In this document: piece after piece, positions 44,996 through 53,907 of the stretch
Numbering within the stretch: position 1 is the first letter of the stretch
How the letters are laid out: each line of letters begins with the position of its first letter
Assembly (NCBI GenBank): GCA_046045995.1
Contig: JBJOKR010000003.1
Location: 925-64,924 of the forward strand
Origin: Pseudomonadota bacterium
GTDB taxonomy: Bacteria; Pseudomonadota; Alphaproteobacteria; Azospirillales; Azospirillaceae
DNA length: 64,000 bases
Direction: 5' to 3'
Program-made: the position numbers and the translations under genes
Notes under the pieces: model-generated
Database searches by the model: none
Told to the model about the DNA's origin: nothing
What the model saw: the letters and a program-made list of their open reading frames with translations, nothing else

Positions 44996-45517
44996 TCACT
45001 TGGCCAGAATGGTTGGCCAGTTGGTATCGGCCTTGCGGATGTGACCGGGGACGTCGCCCTCCCACCGGGTCTGGATCTCCGCGTTGTAGTTCAGGTACAG
45101 CTTGCCCTCGACGATCTTCCAATGCTTGGGATCGCCTGCGGCGGTATAGCCTTCGGACACGGCCCAGGCGCAATAGCCACCGTATTGCGGGGCATAGCGT
45201 TCCGGATCGGCGATGAAGCGGTCGCGGTTCTCCGCGCTGGCGAAGCGCCAATCCGCATCCTTCCAGCGATAGGTGAACTCCTTGGCCCCCTTCACCGGCT
45301 TGCCCTCGGTGAAGTAGGCGACCGGATCATGGCCGTTGACGGCCAGGGAACTGAAGGTGCCTGTATGGATGGGGTCCGTCGCCGCCCGTGCCACACCGGG
45401 CATCAGGCCGGCGACCGCGATGATCAGGCAGGTCGCCAGGGCCAGGGCGGGGGCAAAGGCGGGTGCCGGGGCATGGGCCAGGATTGTGGCCTGCGCAGAT
45501 GGCATCGGGCGGTTCAT
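44996..45517 (-). CDS. YHS domain-containing protein (secreted)
   Basis: From ATG 45517. Signal peptide, then AVNGHDPVAYFTEGKPVKG...WRFASAENRDRFIADPERYAPQYGGYCAWAV...GKLYLNY. Confidence 0.8.
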   Translation of the reverse strand: MNRPMPSAQATILAHAPAPAFAPALALATCLIIAVAGLMPGVARAATDPIHTGTFSSLAVNGHDPVAYFTEGKPVKGAKEFTYRWKDADWRFASAENRDRFIADPERYAPQYGGYCAWAVSEGYTAAGDPKHWKIVEGKLYLNYNAEIQTRWEGDVPGHIRKADTNWPTILAK

Positions 45518-45681
45518 CACGGGGTGGGCTCCAAGGCATGTGTCCATGGCAGGCACAATGGTGCGTGTTCCGGCAGGGCTCCAATCCCGATGCACCATCA
45601 ATTCAATAGCCGCCACCTATGCCCCTTGGCAGCACGGCAGGTCGCCTTCCGGTGTGGGGACGGCAGGGCGGTGTCGGACTC

Positions 45682-45697
45682 CATCCGACGTCGGATA
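45682..45697. other. parS-like palindrome, copy 1 (upstream of parA)
   Basis: CATCCGACGTCGGATA matches 15 of 16 positions of the palindrome TATCCGACGTCGGATA. Lies 87 nt upstream of the parA ATG. Confidence 0.5.
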
Positions 45698-45783
45698 TCC
45701 CGGCCCCACCCTTAACGCAGCACCGGCAACATGCTGTTGACGGCCACCGTCAACGCACCCTACAACAGGGGAACGGGGGATGC

Positions 45784-46737
45784 ATGAACGGCCAGGGATT
45801 ACGGGATTTCCGGGAAGAGCGGTTGCGGCTCAGCCAAGCGGATTTCGCGGGCTGGCTGAACGCCCGCCTGGACCGGCGCTATGACAAGGCGCGGATCAGC
45901 CGTTGGGAATCCGGCCGCGAAGCCATTCCGGAGCTTGTCCTCCGCCATCTGAGGGAGAGGCGTATGGGCGTCACAATCGCGATTGCCAATCAGAAGGGCG
46001 GTGTGGGCAAGACGACCACCGCCGTCAATCTCGCCTCCGCCCTGGCGGAACTGGGTCGCAAGGTACTGGTGGTCGATGCCGACCCCCAGGCCAGCGCCAC
46101 CGCCGCGGTCGGCCTTGATGCCTATGAGTATGAACAGCGCCAGGCAACCCTGTACCATGTCCTGTTCGGCAAGACGGCGGCGGTGGATGCCATCGTCCGG
46201 GTGGAAAGTGCCCGCATCGATCTTCTCCCCTCCGGCATCTCCCTGGCGGAGGGGGAGATGCGCATCCGCAATGAGGCGGGGGGGGAGCTGATCCTGCGGG
46301 AAGCGCTGGAACCGCTGCTGGCGCTTTATGATTTCATCCTGATCGACACGCCCCCGAACTTGGGCCCCATGACCGCCAATGGGCTGGCCGCGGCGCACAA
46401 GGTGCTGATCCCGGTGAAGACGGCGTTCCTGGACATGCTGGGCATCCCGCTGTTGCTGGAGACCGTCGGAAAGCTGCAACGCCGGCTAAATCCCAATCTC
46501 ACGGTTGTCGGCATCCTTCCCACCCTGCATGATCCGCGCCTGAGTGTGAACCGGCAGGTGCTGGACGAATTGCAGGAACGCTTAGGCGAGAAGACGCGGA
46601 TCTTCCCGCCGGTGCATCGGGCCACCGGATTCGATCAGGCTTCGTATAACGGGGAGGTGGCGTTGAAGGTGCTTCCCGTGGATCATCCGGTCAATTCCTA
46701 CCGCATCGTGGCCAAGGAACTCGCCCATGAAGCTTAA
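45784..46737 (+). CDS. parA: ParA partition ATPase with an N-terminal XRE-type HTH
   Basis: N-terminal HTH ([21 protein letters not shown]...ISRWESG), then the deviant Walker [19 protein letters not shown], then VLVVDADPQ. Confidence 0.9.
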   Translation: MNGQGLRDFREERLRLSQADFAGWLNARLDRRYDKARISRWESGREAIPELVLRHLRERRMGVTIAIANQKGGVGKTTTAVNLASALAELGRKVLVVDADPQASATAAVGLDAYEYEQRQATLYHVLFGKTAAVDAIVRVESARIDLLPSGISLAEGEMRIRNEAGGELILREALEPLLALYDFILIDTPPNLGPMTANGLAAAHKVLIPVKTAFLDMLGIPLLLETVGKLQRRLNPNLTVVGILPTLHDPRLSVNRQVLDELQERLGEKTRIFPPVHRATGFDQASYNGEVALKVLPVDHPVNSYRIVAKELAHEA

Positions 46738-47596
46738 GCGCCGGGACACCTTCGGATCCGCCATCGACCGTGTGGCGAAGGATCCGCTGTTCGGAACATC
46801 GGCCGATTTCCCCCGGCTGCTGGAACTGGACGTGGCGGCGATCCAGCCCCGGGACGATCAACCACGGCGCCATTTTGACCAGACCGCGCTGGAGGAACTG
46901 GCCGCAAGCATGGCCAGGGTCCGCCTGATCCACCCGATCCTGGTGCGGGAGATCGAGGAGGGCAGTGGTCGCTATGAGATCGTGTCGGGGGAGCGGCGGT
47001 GGCGGGCGGCCCAGATGCTGGGCTGGGCGACGATATATGCCATCATCAGCCTGGGCGATGCGGATGAGATCGCGCTGATCGAAAATCTGCAGCGCCAGGA
47101 CCTGAACGCCTTTGAGGAGGCGGTCGCCCTGCAACGCCTTCTGCACAAGCACCGCTACACGCAGGAGGAGCTTGGGGCCGCTGTCGGCAAGAGCCAGGGG
47201 CAGATCAGCTCCCTGCTGCGGCTGCTGACCCTGCATCCGACGATCCAGATCGAGTATTCGACGTCGGATAAATCCATTCCCCGCTCCATCCTGATGGAGC
47301 TGGCGACCATCGACGATCCGGACCGCCAAATCGCCCTGTGGCAGCGGGCGAAGGATGGTGTGCTGACCGTCCGCGCCCTGCGTCAGGAGAAGGCCGGCAC
47401 CGGCACCTCCACCCCGGCCCCCCGGCGGGAGCGGAACGATGTGCGCTCGGTGATGACGGGGCTGGAGCGCGTCACCGGCCTGATGGAGCGGCTGGCGGGG
47501 GGCGGCGGAGGCGGGGCAGGGGGTCTGGACGCTGCCGATGCCGCCCGCATCCGCGACCTGCTCCAGCGCCTGACCGATCTGGCCGAGGGGCTTTAG
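46727..47596 (+). CDS. parB: ParB partition protein
   Basis: Overlaps parA by 11 nt. ParB box IHPILVRE...[18 protein letters not shown] and [27 protein letters not shown]. Confidence 0.9.
   Translation: MKLKRRDTFGSAIDRVAKDPLFGTSADFPRLLELDVAAIQPRDDQPRRHFDQTALEELAASMARVRLIHPILVREIEEGSGRYEIVSGERRWRAAQMLGWATIYAIISLGDADEIALIENLQRQDLNAFEEAVALQRLLHKHRYTQEELGAAVGKSQGQISSLLRLLTLHPTIQIEYSTSDKSIPRSILMELATIDDPDRQIALWQRAKDGVLTVRALRQEKAGTGTSTPAPRRERNDVRSVMTGLERVTGLMERLAGGGGGGAGGLDAADAARIRDLLQRLTDLAEGL
47255..47270. other. parS-like palindrome, copy 2 (inside parB)
   Basis: TATTCGACGTCGGATA differs from the 16-bp palindrome at one position. A half-site ATCCGACG also occurs at 47235-47242. Confidence 0.4.
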
Positions 47597-47600
47597 TTTC

Positions 47601-47747
47601 AGCTGCCTTTGATCGTGACCGATCAAAGGCAGCTTCGTTTCCCTCAATCGCCGGGCGGCCACTCCGTGGCCTTGGCTACGCCGCAGGGGCGGCGCGGCGG
47701 CGGTCGCCGCCGTACCAACGGTCGGGATTTCCGACCGTTGGTATAAC
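47601..47747 (-). repeat. Structured intergenic repeat, copy C (inverted), including a perfect 15-bp-stem hairpin
   Basis: Hairpin AGCTGCCTTTGATCG-TGAC-CGATCAAAGGCAGCT (47601-47634). The reverse complement of 47641-47747 aligns with copy B (core GGCCACGGAGTGGCCGCCCGGCGA, GGTACGGCGGCGACCGCCGC, CCAACGGTCGGAAATCCCGACCGTTGG). Confidence 0.65.
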
Positions 47748-47774
47748 TCCCCCTGCTGCGGACGGTCGAGCCGA

Positions 47775-47790
47775 TATCCGACGTCGGATA
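47775..47790. other. parS-like palindrome, copy 3 (perfect)
   Basis: TATCCGACGTCGGATA is a perfect 16-bp palindrome, about 180 nt downstream of parB. Confidence 0.55.
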
Positions 47791-47866
47791 GGGAGCCGGC
47801 GGGGCTTGTCCGAGCGGCCGGGCAGAGGGGTCATGCTGGCCAAGGGGGGCATGTCGGGGAGAGGGA

Positions 47867-49033
47867 TCACGCTGGGGAGATCTGCCAGACCCAGTGGCTG
47901 TCGCGGCGGCTGATCTCCCGCACCAGACCGGCAGCCGCCAACTCCTCCAGCAGGTTCAGGGCGCCCTGTTTGGTGGCGCCCAGGGCTTCCGCCACCTCTC
48001 CGCTGCCAAGTGCCGGGCGTTCAATCAGCAGGGAAGCCAGTTGCGGCAGGCGGCTGGACTTTCGCCGACCCTCGCACGCCACGGTCAGGCGCTGATGCGC
48101 CCGGGTCAGTTCCAGCATCAGGTCATTGCCCCACAGCGCCCCCCGGCCCACCGCCCCCAGCCAGCGATCCGGCCAGTCGGGCCGCCAGGGCGCATGGTCT
48201 GCAGCATGGCCCAGGAAGCCGCGGGAGCAGGGCAGAACCAGCCCCGGCAGCTCTCCCATGCGCCAAGGCCAGGCGGCAGCCAGCAGCCGGCCGACACTGC
48301 CGCCCGCCATGTCCGCCAGTCCTTCCGCCGTCCAGTCCTGGATGATCCGGGCCGACGCGATCAAGGGGGGCAGGGCCTTCCACCCCTCGATCCGGTCGGG
48401 CTGGAGCAGGCGGGTCAGGGCGGCCACGGCCCCGTCCCGGTCGCCCCGCTGGGCCCGCAGCCAGGCCGGCAGATCCTCCGGCTCCCGCCGCCGACGTGTC
48501 TCCACCATCCCCGCCAGCCGCAGAAGGCGCCGCGGCGTCCAGAAGGATCGGGCACTGCGCCGGGCCGACAGGCGCAGCATGTCCAGGATCTGCAGCCCGG
48601 CCGACAGGGCGGGGGAGGGGGGGCCATCCCGGTCGAACCCGCATTCCCAGGCCAGGAGGTCGTCCGGGTCCAGCAGATGCCCGTCCAGCCGCGCCGACGC
48701 CGCTGCTTCCGCCAGCAACATGCGCGCCTGCCAGCCGGCCCGCACCGGCGGCGGTGCATCCCGCAGCCGGGCATCCAGCCGTCCCAGGGATAACGCTGCC
48801 GTAAGCCCCCCAGCCGTGAGCCCTCCAGCCGTCAGGCCCCCCGCCGCTCCCCCCATCGCATCACCGCCGGGGGGTTTTGGGGCCGCCTTGCGGACCGGGC
48901 CGAACAGATCCTCATCGGACAGATCGTCGAAGGGCCGATCCTCCCCGGCAAAGGGTTCCTCCGCCCCGTCATCCCAATGACGCAGGGGCAGGGGGTCCGG
49001 GTGCGGCAATGGCTCTATGCCCATGGGAAGCAT
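47867..49033 (-). CDS. DUF1612 / RHE_PE00001-like plasmid protein with a C-terminal winged-HTH
   Basis: LSLGRLDARLRDAPPPVRAGWQARMLLAEAAASARLDGHLLDPDDLLAWE resembles the DUF1612 family found near rhizobial plasmid replication regions. C-terminal part SGEVAEALGATKQGALNLLEELAAAGLVREI is HTH-like. Start is uncertain (49033, 49024 or TTG 49081). Confidence 0.5.
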   Translation of the reverse strand: MLPMGIEPLPHPDPLPLRHWDDGAEEPFAGEDRPFDDLSDEDLFGPVRKAAPKPPGGDAMGGAAGGLTAGGLTAGGLTAALSLGRLDARLRDAPPPVRAGWQARMLLAEAAASARLDGHLLDPDDLLAWECGFDRDGPPSPALSAGLQILDMLRLSARRSARSFWTPRRLLRLAGMVETRRRREPEDLPAWLRAQRGDRDGAVAALTRLLQPDRIEGWKALPPLIASARIIQDWTAEGLADMAGGSVGRLLAAAWPWRMGELPGLVLPCSRGFLGHAADHAPWRPDWPDRWLGAVGRGALWGNDLMLELTRAHQRLTVACEGRRKSSRLPQLASLLIERPALGSGEVAEALGATKQGALNLLEELAAAGLVREISRRDSHWVWQISPA

Positions 49034-49157
49034 CCTGGCTGGAATGCCGGGATTGTGGCTCAGCCTTCCCAGGATCGTCAAGAGAAGCTGCCAGTCGCTT
49101 GACGGCGGTGCATGTCAGGCGCTGATACTTGTCCGGCTGGCGTCAGGGCCCCGATTT

Positions 49158-50444
49158 TCAGCGCAGCCTGGCCATCCAGATTCCAAGCGCGGTGAGGGTG
49201 CTGGCGATCCAGGCGATGATGAAGACCGCCACCCCCACGGGCACATCGGGCCAGGCGGGGGAGCCGGACAGGTCGCGGCCATAGTCGCGGATCTCCCCCA
49301 CCCCGGACAGGGCGGAGAGCAGGACCACCGCCACGGTGACACCATAGGCCAGGGCGATCGGGCGGCGCAGCGTGCGGGGGCCGCGGGCCCGCTGCTGCCG
49401 CCGGGCCTGGAGCCACGCCCCGGTGAGGCAGAGGCCGGACAGGCCGAGCCCGAACAGGAACCAGACCGTCTTGCTCCACAACCCGGCGAAATCCCCGAAA
49501 TGCAGGGGATCGGCGGTATCGATCCATCGGTGATAGGGGGAGAGGTCGGCCGCCCGCTGTACGCCCAGCACCCGGCCGTCCCGCGGGTCCAGCCAGATCC
49601 GGGCGGCCCGGTCGCGGACCAGCAGTGCCCCGTCCTGGCCGTGCAGTTCCAGCGGGGCCGCCGGGTACCCGTCCAGGGACAAGGCGCGCAACTGTAACGC
49701 CGGATACGCGGCCCCGGCGGCGGCCACCAGGGTGTCCAGATCCGGCGGCGGGTCTAAGGCCTGTACCCCGGCCGGCAATTCGGGGCCCGCGGGCGACCGG
49801 GGCGCGTACCATTCCACCAGGTACCAGATGCCCGTGCTGCCGATGACCAGTACGAACCACAGGGACCAGAGCCCGGCCAGCTTGTGCAGCCCGCTCCAGA
49901 ACACGGTGGGGCCCTTGCCCCATTCCAGGGTGAAGAAGCCGCGCCACCAGCGGCGATAGAAGACAAGGCTGGTGACCAGACTGCCCAGCAGGACAAGGGC
50001 GAGAAGGCAGACGATCCAATAGCCCAGCGGCACGCCCGCGATCTGCCAGTCGCCGATGAACAGCGACATGTGGAAGCTGCGGAGGAAGCGCTGGACGTTG
50101 AAATAGCTGGTCACCGCCGTCACGGTGCCGGTGGCGGGGTCAAGGAAGGCCCGATGTGTGGTGCCGCCGGGATCCTGCACCCACGCCTCCACCGGCCAGC
50201 CGGGAGCATAGGGGGCGTTGAGGCGGGTGATCGTCCAGCCGGGGCGGGCGGCGGCGACGGCATCATGGGCCCGCTGCCAGGCGATTGGCTCCTCCATCAC
50301 CGCGGCGCGGGCGACCGGGTTCAGCAGCCAGTCGATCTCCCGGGAGAAGACGGCGACCGTGCCCGACCAGCAGACGACGAACAGCAGCAGCCCCGACGTC
50401 AGGCCAAGCCAACTGTGCCACTGGAACCAGTCCCGCCGCTTCAT
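49158..50444 (-). CDS. PepSY-associated TM helix protein (PiuB-like, iron-uptake associated)
   Basis: From ATG 50444: MKRRDWFQWHSWLGLTSGLLLFVVCWSGTVAVFSREIDWLL. Repeated PepSY_TM helices. Lies directly downstream of a TonB siderophore receptor. Confidence 0.8.
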   Translation of the reverse strand: MKRRDWFQWHSWLGLTSGLLLFVVCWSGTVAVFSREIDWLLNPVARAAVMEEPIAWQRAHDAVAAARPGWTITRLNAPYAPGWPVEAWVQDPGGTTHRAFLDPATGTVTAVTSYFNVQRFLRSFHMSLFIGDWQIAGVPLGYWIVCLLALVLLGSLVTSLVFYRRWWRGFFTLEWGKGPTVFWSGLHKLAGLWSLWFVLVIGSTGIWYLVEWYAPRSPAGPELPAGVQALDPPPDLDTLVAAAGAAYPALQLRALSLDGYPAAPLELHGQDGALLVRDRAARIWLDPRDGRVLGVQRAADLSPYHRWIDTADPLHFGDFAGLWSKTVWFLFGLGLSGLCLTGAWLQARRQQRARGPRTLRRPIALAYGVTVAVVLLSALSGVGEIRDYGRDLSGSPAWPDVPVGVAVFIIAWIASTLTALGIWMARLR

Positions 50445-50499
50445 ACGCCCGCTCCCGCCCCCATCCCCGCTCCCGCTCCCCGTCCGGACCGCCCGTGGA

Positions 50500-52692
50500 T
50501 CAGTAGCGCACGCGGTAGCCGAGGGTGAGGCGACGCCCCTCCTCCAGCGTTTCCGCGAAGCCCCCACCCTGGAGGGAGACGTTGACATAGCGCCGGTCCA
50601 GCAGGTTGGAGAGGCTGGCCGTCACCTCCCCCGGGCCGACGGCATAGGTGGCGGACAGGTCCATCAGGAAGACGCTGTCGGTGTTGATGAAGCCCAGCCC
50701 CTGCTCCGCCGGGGAGAAGTAATCGGCAGCACCGATCCAGGTGGCCTGGACCCGGGTGTCCAGCCCGTCCAGCAGGGTGGCCGCCACATGGGCCGTGACG
50801 CGGAAGGGGGAAACCTGATCGCTGGAGTAATCGATCCAGCGGCCCAGATCCTCATTGAACACCTCCCCCCGCTGCCAGGTGATCACGGCGCCGGTGGACA
50901 GGCTGTCGCTCACCGACCAGTCCACCGACCCCTCAAGCCCGCGGAACTTCTGCGGCACCCGCAGCGGGATCAAGGGGCAGAAGGTCTGCCCGGCGCAGCT
51001 GGGATCGCTTTGCAGCAGGGAGGCCTTGTCCGATTCCGAATAGAAGGCCGCGGCGGAGAGGGCGACCGGCCCGATCGTGCCGCGCAGGCCCAGTTCCACC
51101 TGGTCGGAGGTGGCGGGTTCCGGCGTGATGCTGGACGGGTCGGTGACGCCGCGGGCCGCACGCCCCAGCTGGCTCAACTCCGCCCCCTGGCTGAACCCGC
51201 CATAGAGCTGCAACCCGTCGGTCAGGTCATGGATGGCCCCGGCATTGAACAGCCAGAGGTCGCTTTCGCCCAGGTCGCCGGGGGTGGCGGGCCGGGGCAG
51301 GGTGGGGTCATAGGCATCGTCCCCCACCTCCCCCCGGTACAGCTCCCGCCGGGCCCCGCCGGACAGGCGCAGGTCGCCCAGCACCAGTTCGCCCTGGGTG
51401 AACAGGCCATAGGTGCGCAAGATCACCTCCGGCGCGATATAGCCGGTTGTCCGGTCCGGGTCGGTTGGGGATTTCAGCAGGCGGATGACCCGCGAACTCT
51501 GGAAATCCGCCCCGTATTGCAGCTCCAGCACCGGGCCGCCCAGGTCGAAGCTCCGCGCCAGGGTGGAGCGAAGGCCGACGGCCCCGTTCTCCCGGTCGTC
51601 ATTGAAGAAATCCGGGGCGCCGCCGTTGCTTTCCTGGAAATTCGCCCGCTGCAGATAGGTCTGTTCCTGAAGGAAGCCGGACAGGAACAGCCGATGGCCC
51701 ACCACCTCCTGAACCTCATAGGAGAGGGCTACGGTGTACAGCTCATCATAGCTGGTGTCGCGGAACGGGTTTGGCTGGATGGCGATCACGTCGGGCCGGA
51801 CCTGGCCGGCGGCGATATCCGCCCCATCGGCGGCGTATTCGCGCCCCGGCTCCTCCCGGTAATAGGTACCGGTCAGGCGCAGCCTGCCCCGTTCCGCCAG
51901 GTCCAGCCCGAGAGAGCCGTTCAGCGACCAGGCGTCATAGGCGGTGGCGACGACGCGGTTCCCGTCCGGGTCGCGGCCGGCATCCGCATCCTCATACCCC
52001 GCCCCAACGTACCAGTCCCAGGCCCCATCCCGGCGGCCGGCCCCGGTGTACAGGTCATGCCGCCAGGTCCCGCCCGGATGGTCGGTGCTGAAGCCGGTCT
52101 GGGCGACGGCGTCGATCTCCAGCGCCTCCCCCTTGGCGCGGCGGGTGATCAGGTTGACGATGCCGCCCGGAGCACCCGCCCCGTACAGGGAGGTGGCACC
52201 CCGCACCACCTCCACCTGCTCAAGGGCGAAGGGATTGACCTGGAAGGCCGCGTTGCAGGTGGACGGGCGCAGTTCCTGGTTCGCGGGCACGCCGTTGATC
52301 TGGAAGTTCACCGTCCGCCCGCGGATCCGGGTGAGGCAGCCGCTGCGCCCGCCGGTGCTGACATTCAGCCCCGGCACCGTGACATCCAGCACCTTCAGGA
52401 TATTGGGGGAGAGGGTGAGCTGGGTCGCCAGATCCTCCGGCCCCAGGACGGAGACGGAGGTGGTGATCTCCCGGATCGCGGCCCCGCGGCGGGACCCTGT
52501 GATGGTGATCTCCTCGATCCCCGTGGCAGCCGCCGCCACCGCCTGCCCCTGGGCCGGTCCCTGGGCCGGTCCCTGGGCCGGTATCGCGGGGCTGGTGCCT
52601 GCCGTGGTCTGGGCCTGGGCCAGAGCCGGGCCGGGCAGCAACGGGATCAGGGCGGGGATCAGGGCGGCGGAAAGCAGGAGCGCGCGGCGCAT
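50500..52692 (-). CDS. TonB-dependent siderophore-type receptor
   Basis: From ATG 52692. Signal peptide, a plug starting IEEITITGSRRG...NILKVLDVTVPGL, a barrel, and a terminal LTLGYRVRY. Confidence 0.9.
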   Translation of the reverse strand: MRRALLLSAALIPALIPLLPGPALAQAQTTAGTSPAIPAQGPAQGPAQGQAVAAAATGIEEITITGSRRGAAIREITTSVSVLGPEDLATQLTLSPNILKVLDVTVPGLNVSTGGRSGCLTRIRGRTVNFQINGVPANQELRPSTCNAAFQVNPFALEQVEVVRGATSLYGAGAPGGIVNLITRRAKGEALEIDAVAQTGFSTDHPGGTWRHDLYTGAGRRDGAWDWYVGAGYEDADAGRDPDGNRVVATAYDAWSLNGSLGLDLAERGRLRLTGTYYREEPGREYAADGADIAAGQVRPDVIAIQPNPFRDTSYDELYTVALSYEVQEVVGHRLFLSGFLQEQTYLQRANFQESNGGAPDFFNDDRENGAVGLRSTLARSFDLGGPVLELQYGADFQSSRVIRLLKSPTDPDRTTGYIAPEVILRTYGLFTQGELVLGDLRLSGGARRELYRGEVGDDAYDPTLPRPATPGDLGESDLWLFNAGAIHDLTDGLQLYGGFSQGAELSQLGRAARGVTDPSSITPEPATSDQVELGLRGTIGPVALSAAAFYSESDKASLLQSDPSCAGQTFCPLIPLRVPQKFRGLEGSVDWSVSDSLSTGAVITWQRGEVFNEDLGRWIDYSSDQVSPFRVTAHVAATLLDGLDTRVQATWIGAADYFSPAEQGLGFINTDSVFLMDLSATYAVGPGEVTASLSNLLDRRYVNVSLQGGGFAETLEEGRRLTLGYRVRY

Positions 52693-52703
52693 GGGACCCT
52701 CAA

Positions 52704-52728
52704 GCAAACGATTATGCGAATCGTTTGC
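52704..52728. promoter_or_regulatory. 25-bp palindromic operator-like site at the siderophore-receptor 5' end
   Basis: GCAAACGATT-ATGCG-AATCGTTTGC has perfect 10-bp arms and starts 12 nt upstream of ATG 52692. The half-site is the same as in the 29733 operator candidate. Confidence 0.4.
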
Positions 52729-52979
52729 AGGCTGTAGGTCCTAAGTGTTCCGCTGTCAAGACCCCGCAGGCGAAGGGTCCTTTGCAGCGGCATCCGGCGG
52801 GCGTGCGGATGGCCGGCCCGCAGCCGGGTCCGTCATCTGCACGTCAGCACAGACCGACGGTATGCACCGGTGATCCGGGCGGGCTTGAACAGCGTAAGGA
52901 GGGTAGGGGAGGGGGCAGTACTCCCGGACCCGCTCCGGCCCTGTACCCTGCGATCCACCTTTATCCATGATGGAGTCCG

Positions 52980-53780
52980 ATGCATCCTCCCCGCCTGTCC
53001 CGCCGGTCCATGCTTGCCCTTCTGCCCCTTGGCATGACGCTGGCGGCGGTGAAGCCAGGCCTTGCCGTCCCTGCTGTCGGTGCCACCCGCTATCTGGACC
53101 TGGGGGCACCGCCGCTGCGCCGGGTCGTGGATCGGGTCGTGGCCGGTCTGGCAACGGATCGGGACAGGGCAGTCGTTCTGCATGACTGGGTCCGCGACCG
53201 GATCCCCTTCGGTTTCGCCGCGGGGTTCTGGGACCAGCGGGCCTCCACCGTCTTGCGGGTGGGGCGTGGCTACTGCAACACCAAGTCCACCCTGTTCACG
53301 GCCCTGCTGCGGATCGCCGGCATTCCGGCCCGGCAGGTCTTCGTGGATATCGATGCCGCCGTTCTGCATGGGCTGGTCGATCCTGGTACGCCCTTCGTCG
53401 ATCATTCCTATGTGGAGGTGTGGATCGAGGGGGCTTGGCGGGCCACGGATTCCTATATCGTGGACAAGCCCCTGTTCCAGGCCGCCCGGCAGCGCGCGGG
53501 CACGGAGGGGCGGCGGTTCGGCTATGGCGTCCACGCCACTGGAACCTGCGACTGGGACGGTCTGTCGCCGGCCTTTTCCCAGTACAACCTGAACCAAGCC
53601 GGGGGCATTGATGCGGCCCCGCTGGGCACCCGCGTCTGGGGGGTGTTCGAGGATGTGGGCGCGTTCTATGATCAGGCGGAAGGGACCTGGAGCCGCCTGA
53701 ACGGGCTGGCGCGCGCCGGGTTCGGCCTGCTGGCCGGGGGGGCCAACGGGCGGGCCGAGGATCTTCGCCGGGGGCTTTGA
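52980..53780 (+). CDS. Transglutaminase-like cysteine protease-fold protein with a Tat-type signal
   Basis: RRSMLALLPLGMTLAA signal. Putative catalytic triad context: GRGYCNTKSTLFTALLR (Cys), DHSYVEVW (His), WRATDS (Asp). Confidence 0.7.
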   Translation: MHPPRLSRRSMLALLPLGMTLAAVKPGLAVPAVGATRYLDLGAPPLRRVVDRVVAGLATDRDRAVVLHDWVRDRIPFGFAAGFWDQRASTVLRVGRGYCNTKSTLFTALLRIAGIPARQVFVDIDAAVLHGLVDPGTPFVDHSYVEVWIEGAWRATDSYIVDKPLFQAARQRAGTEGRRFGYGVHATGTCDWDGLSPAFSQYNLNQAGGIDAAPLGTRVWGVFEDVGAFYDQAEGTWSRLNGLARAGFGLLAGGANGRAEDLRRGL

Positions 53781-53907
53781 CCCCCCGGAGGCCGCTGTCC
53801 CGGCCGGTTGCGCGCGCGGATGCGGAGAGGGGCAGGGGGGATGTCCCCCCGCCTGCCCTGCTCGCGGCCGCTCCGCCTGCCCCTTCCGACCCTGCTTGGT
53901 GCCGTGG

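Noticed and set aside
47601-47634. The perfect 15-bp-stem hairpin after parB as the parS site
   Set aside because: The hairpin is the terminal part of the dispersed repeat also found at 13.9 and 16.4 kb, far from parAB. The 16-bp palindrome TATCCGACGTCGGATA is specific to the par region and is the better centromere candidate.
50218-52737. 839-aa plus-strand ORF opposite the siderophore receptor (similarly 54877-56502 opposite the third receptor)
   Set aside because: Both are antisense shadows of TonB-dependent receptors that have plug motifs and terminal aromatic residues.
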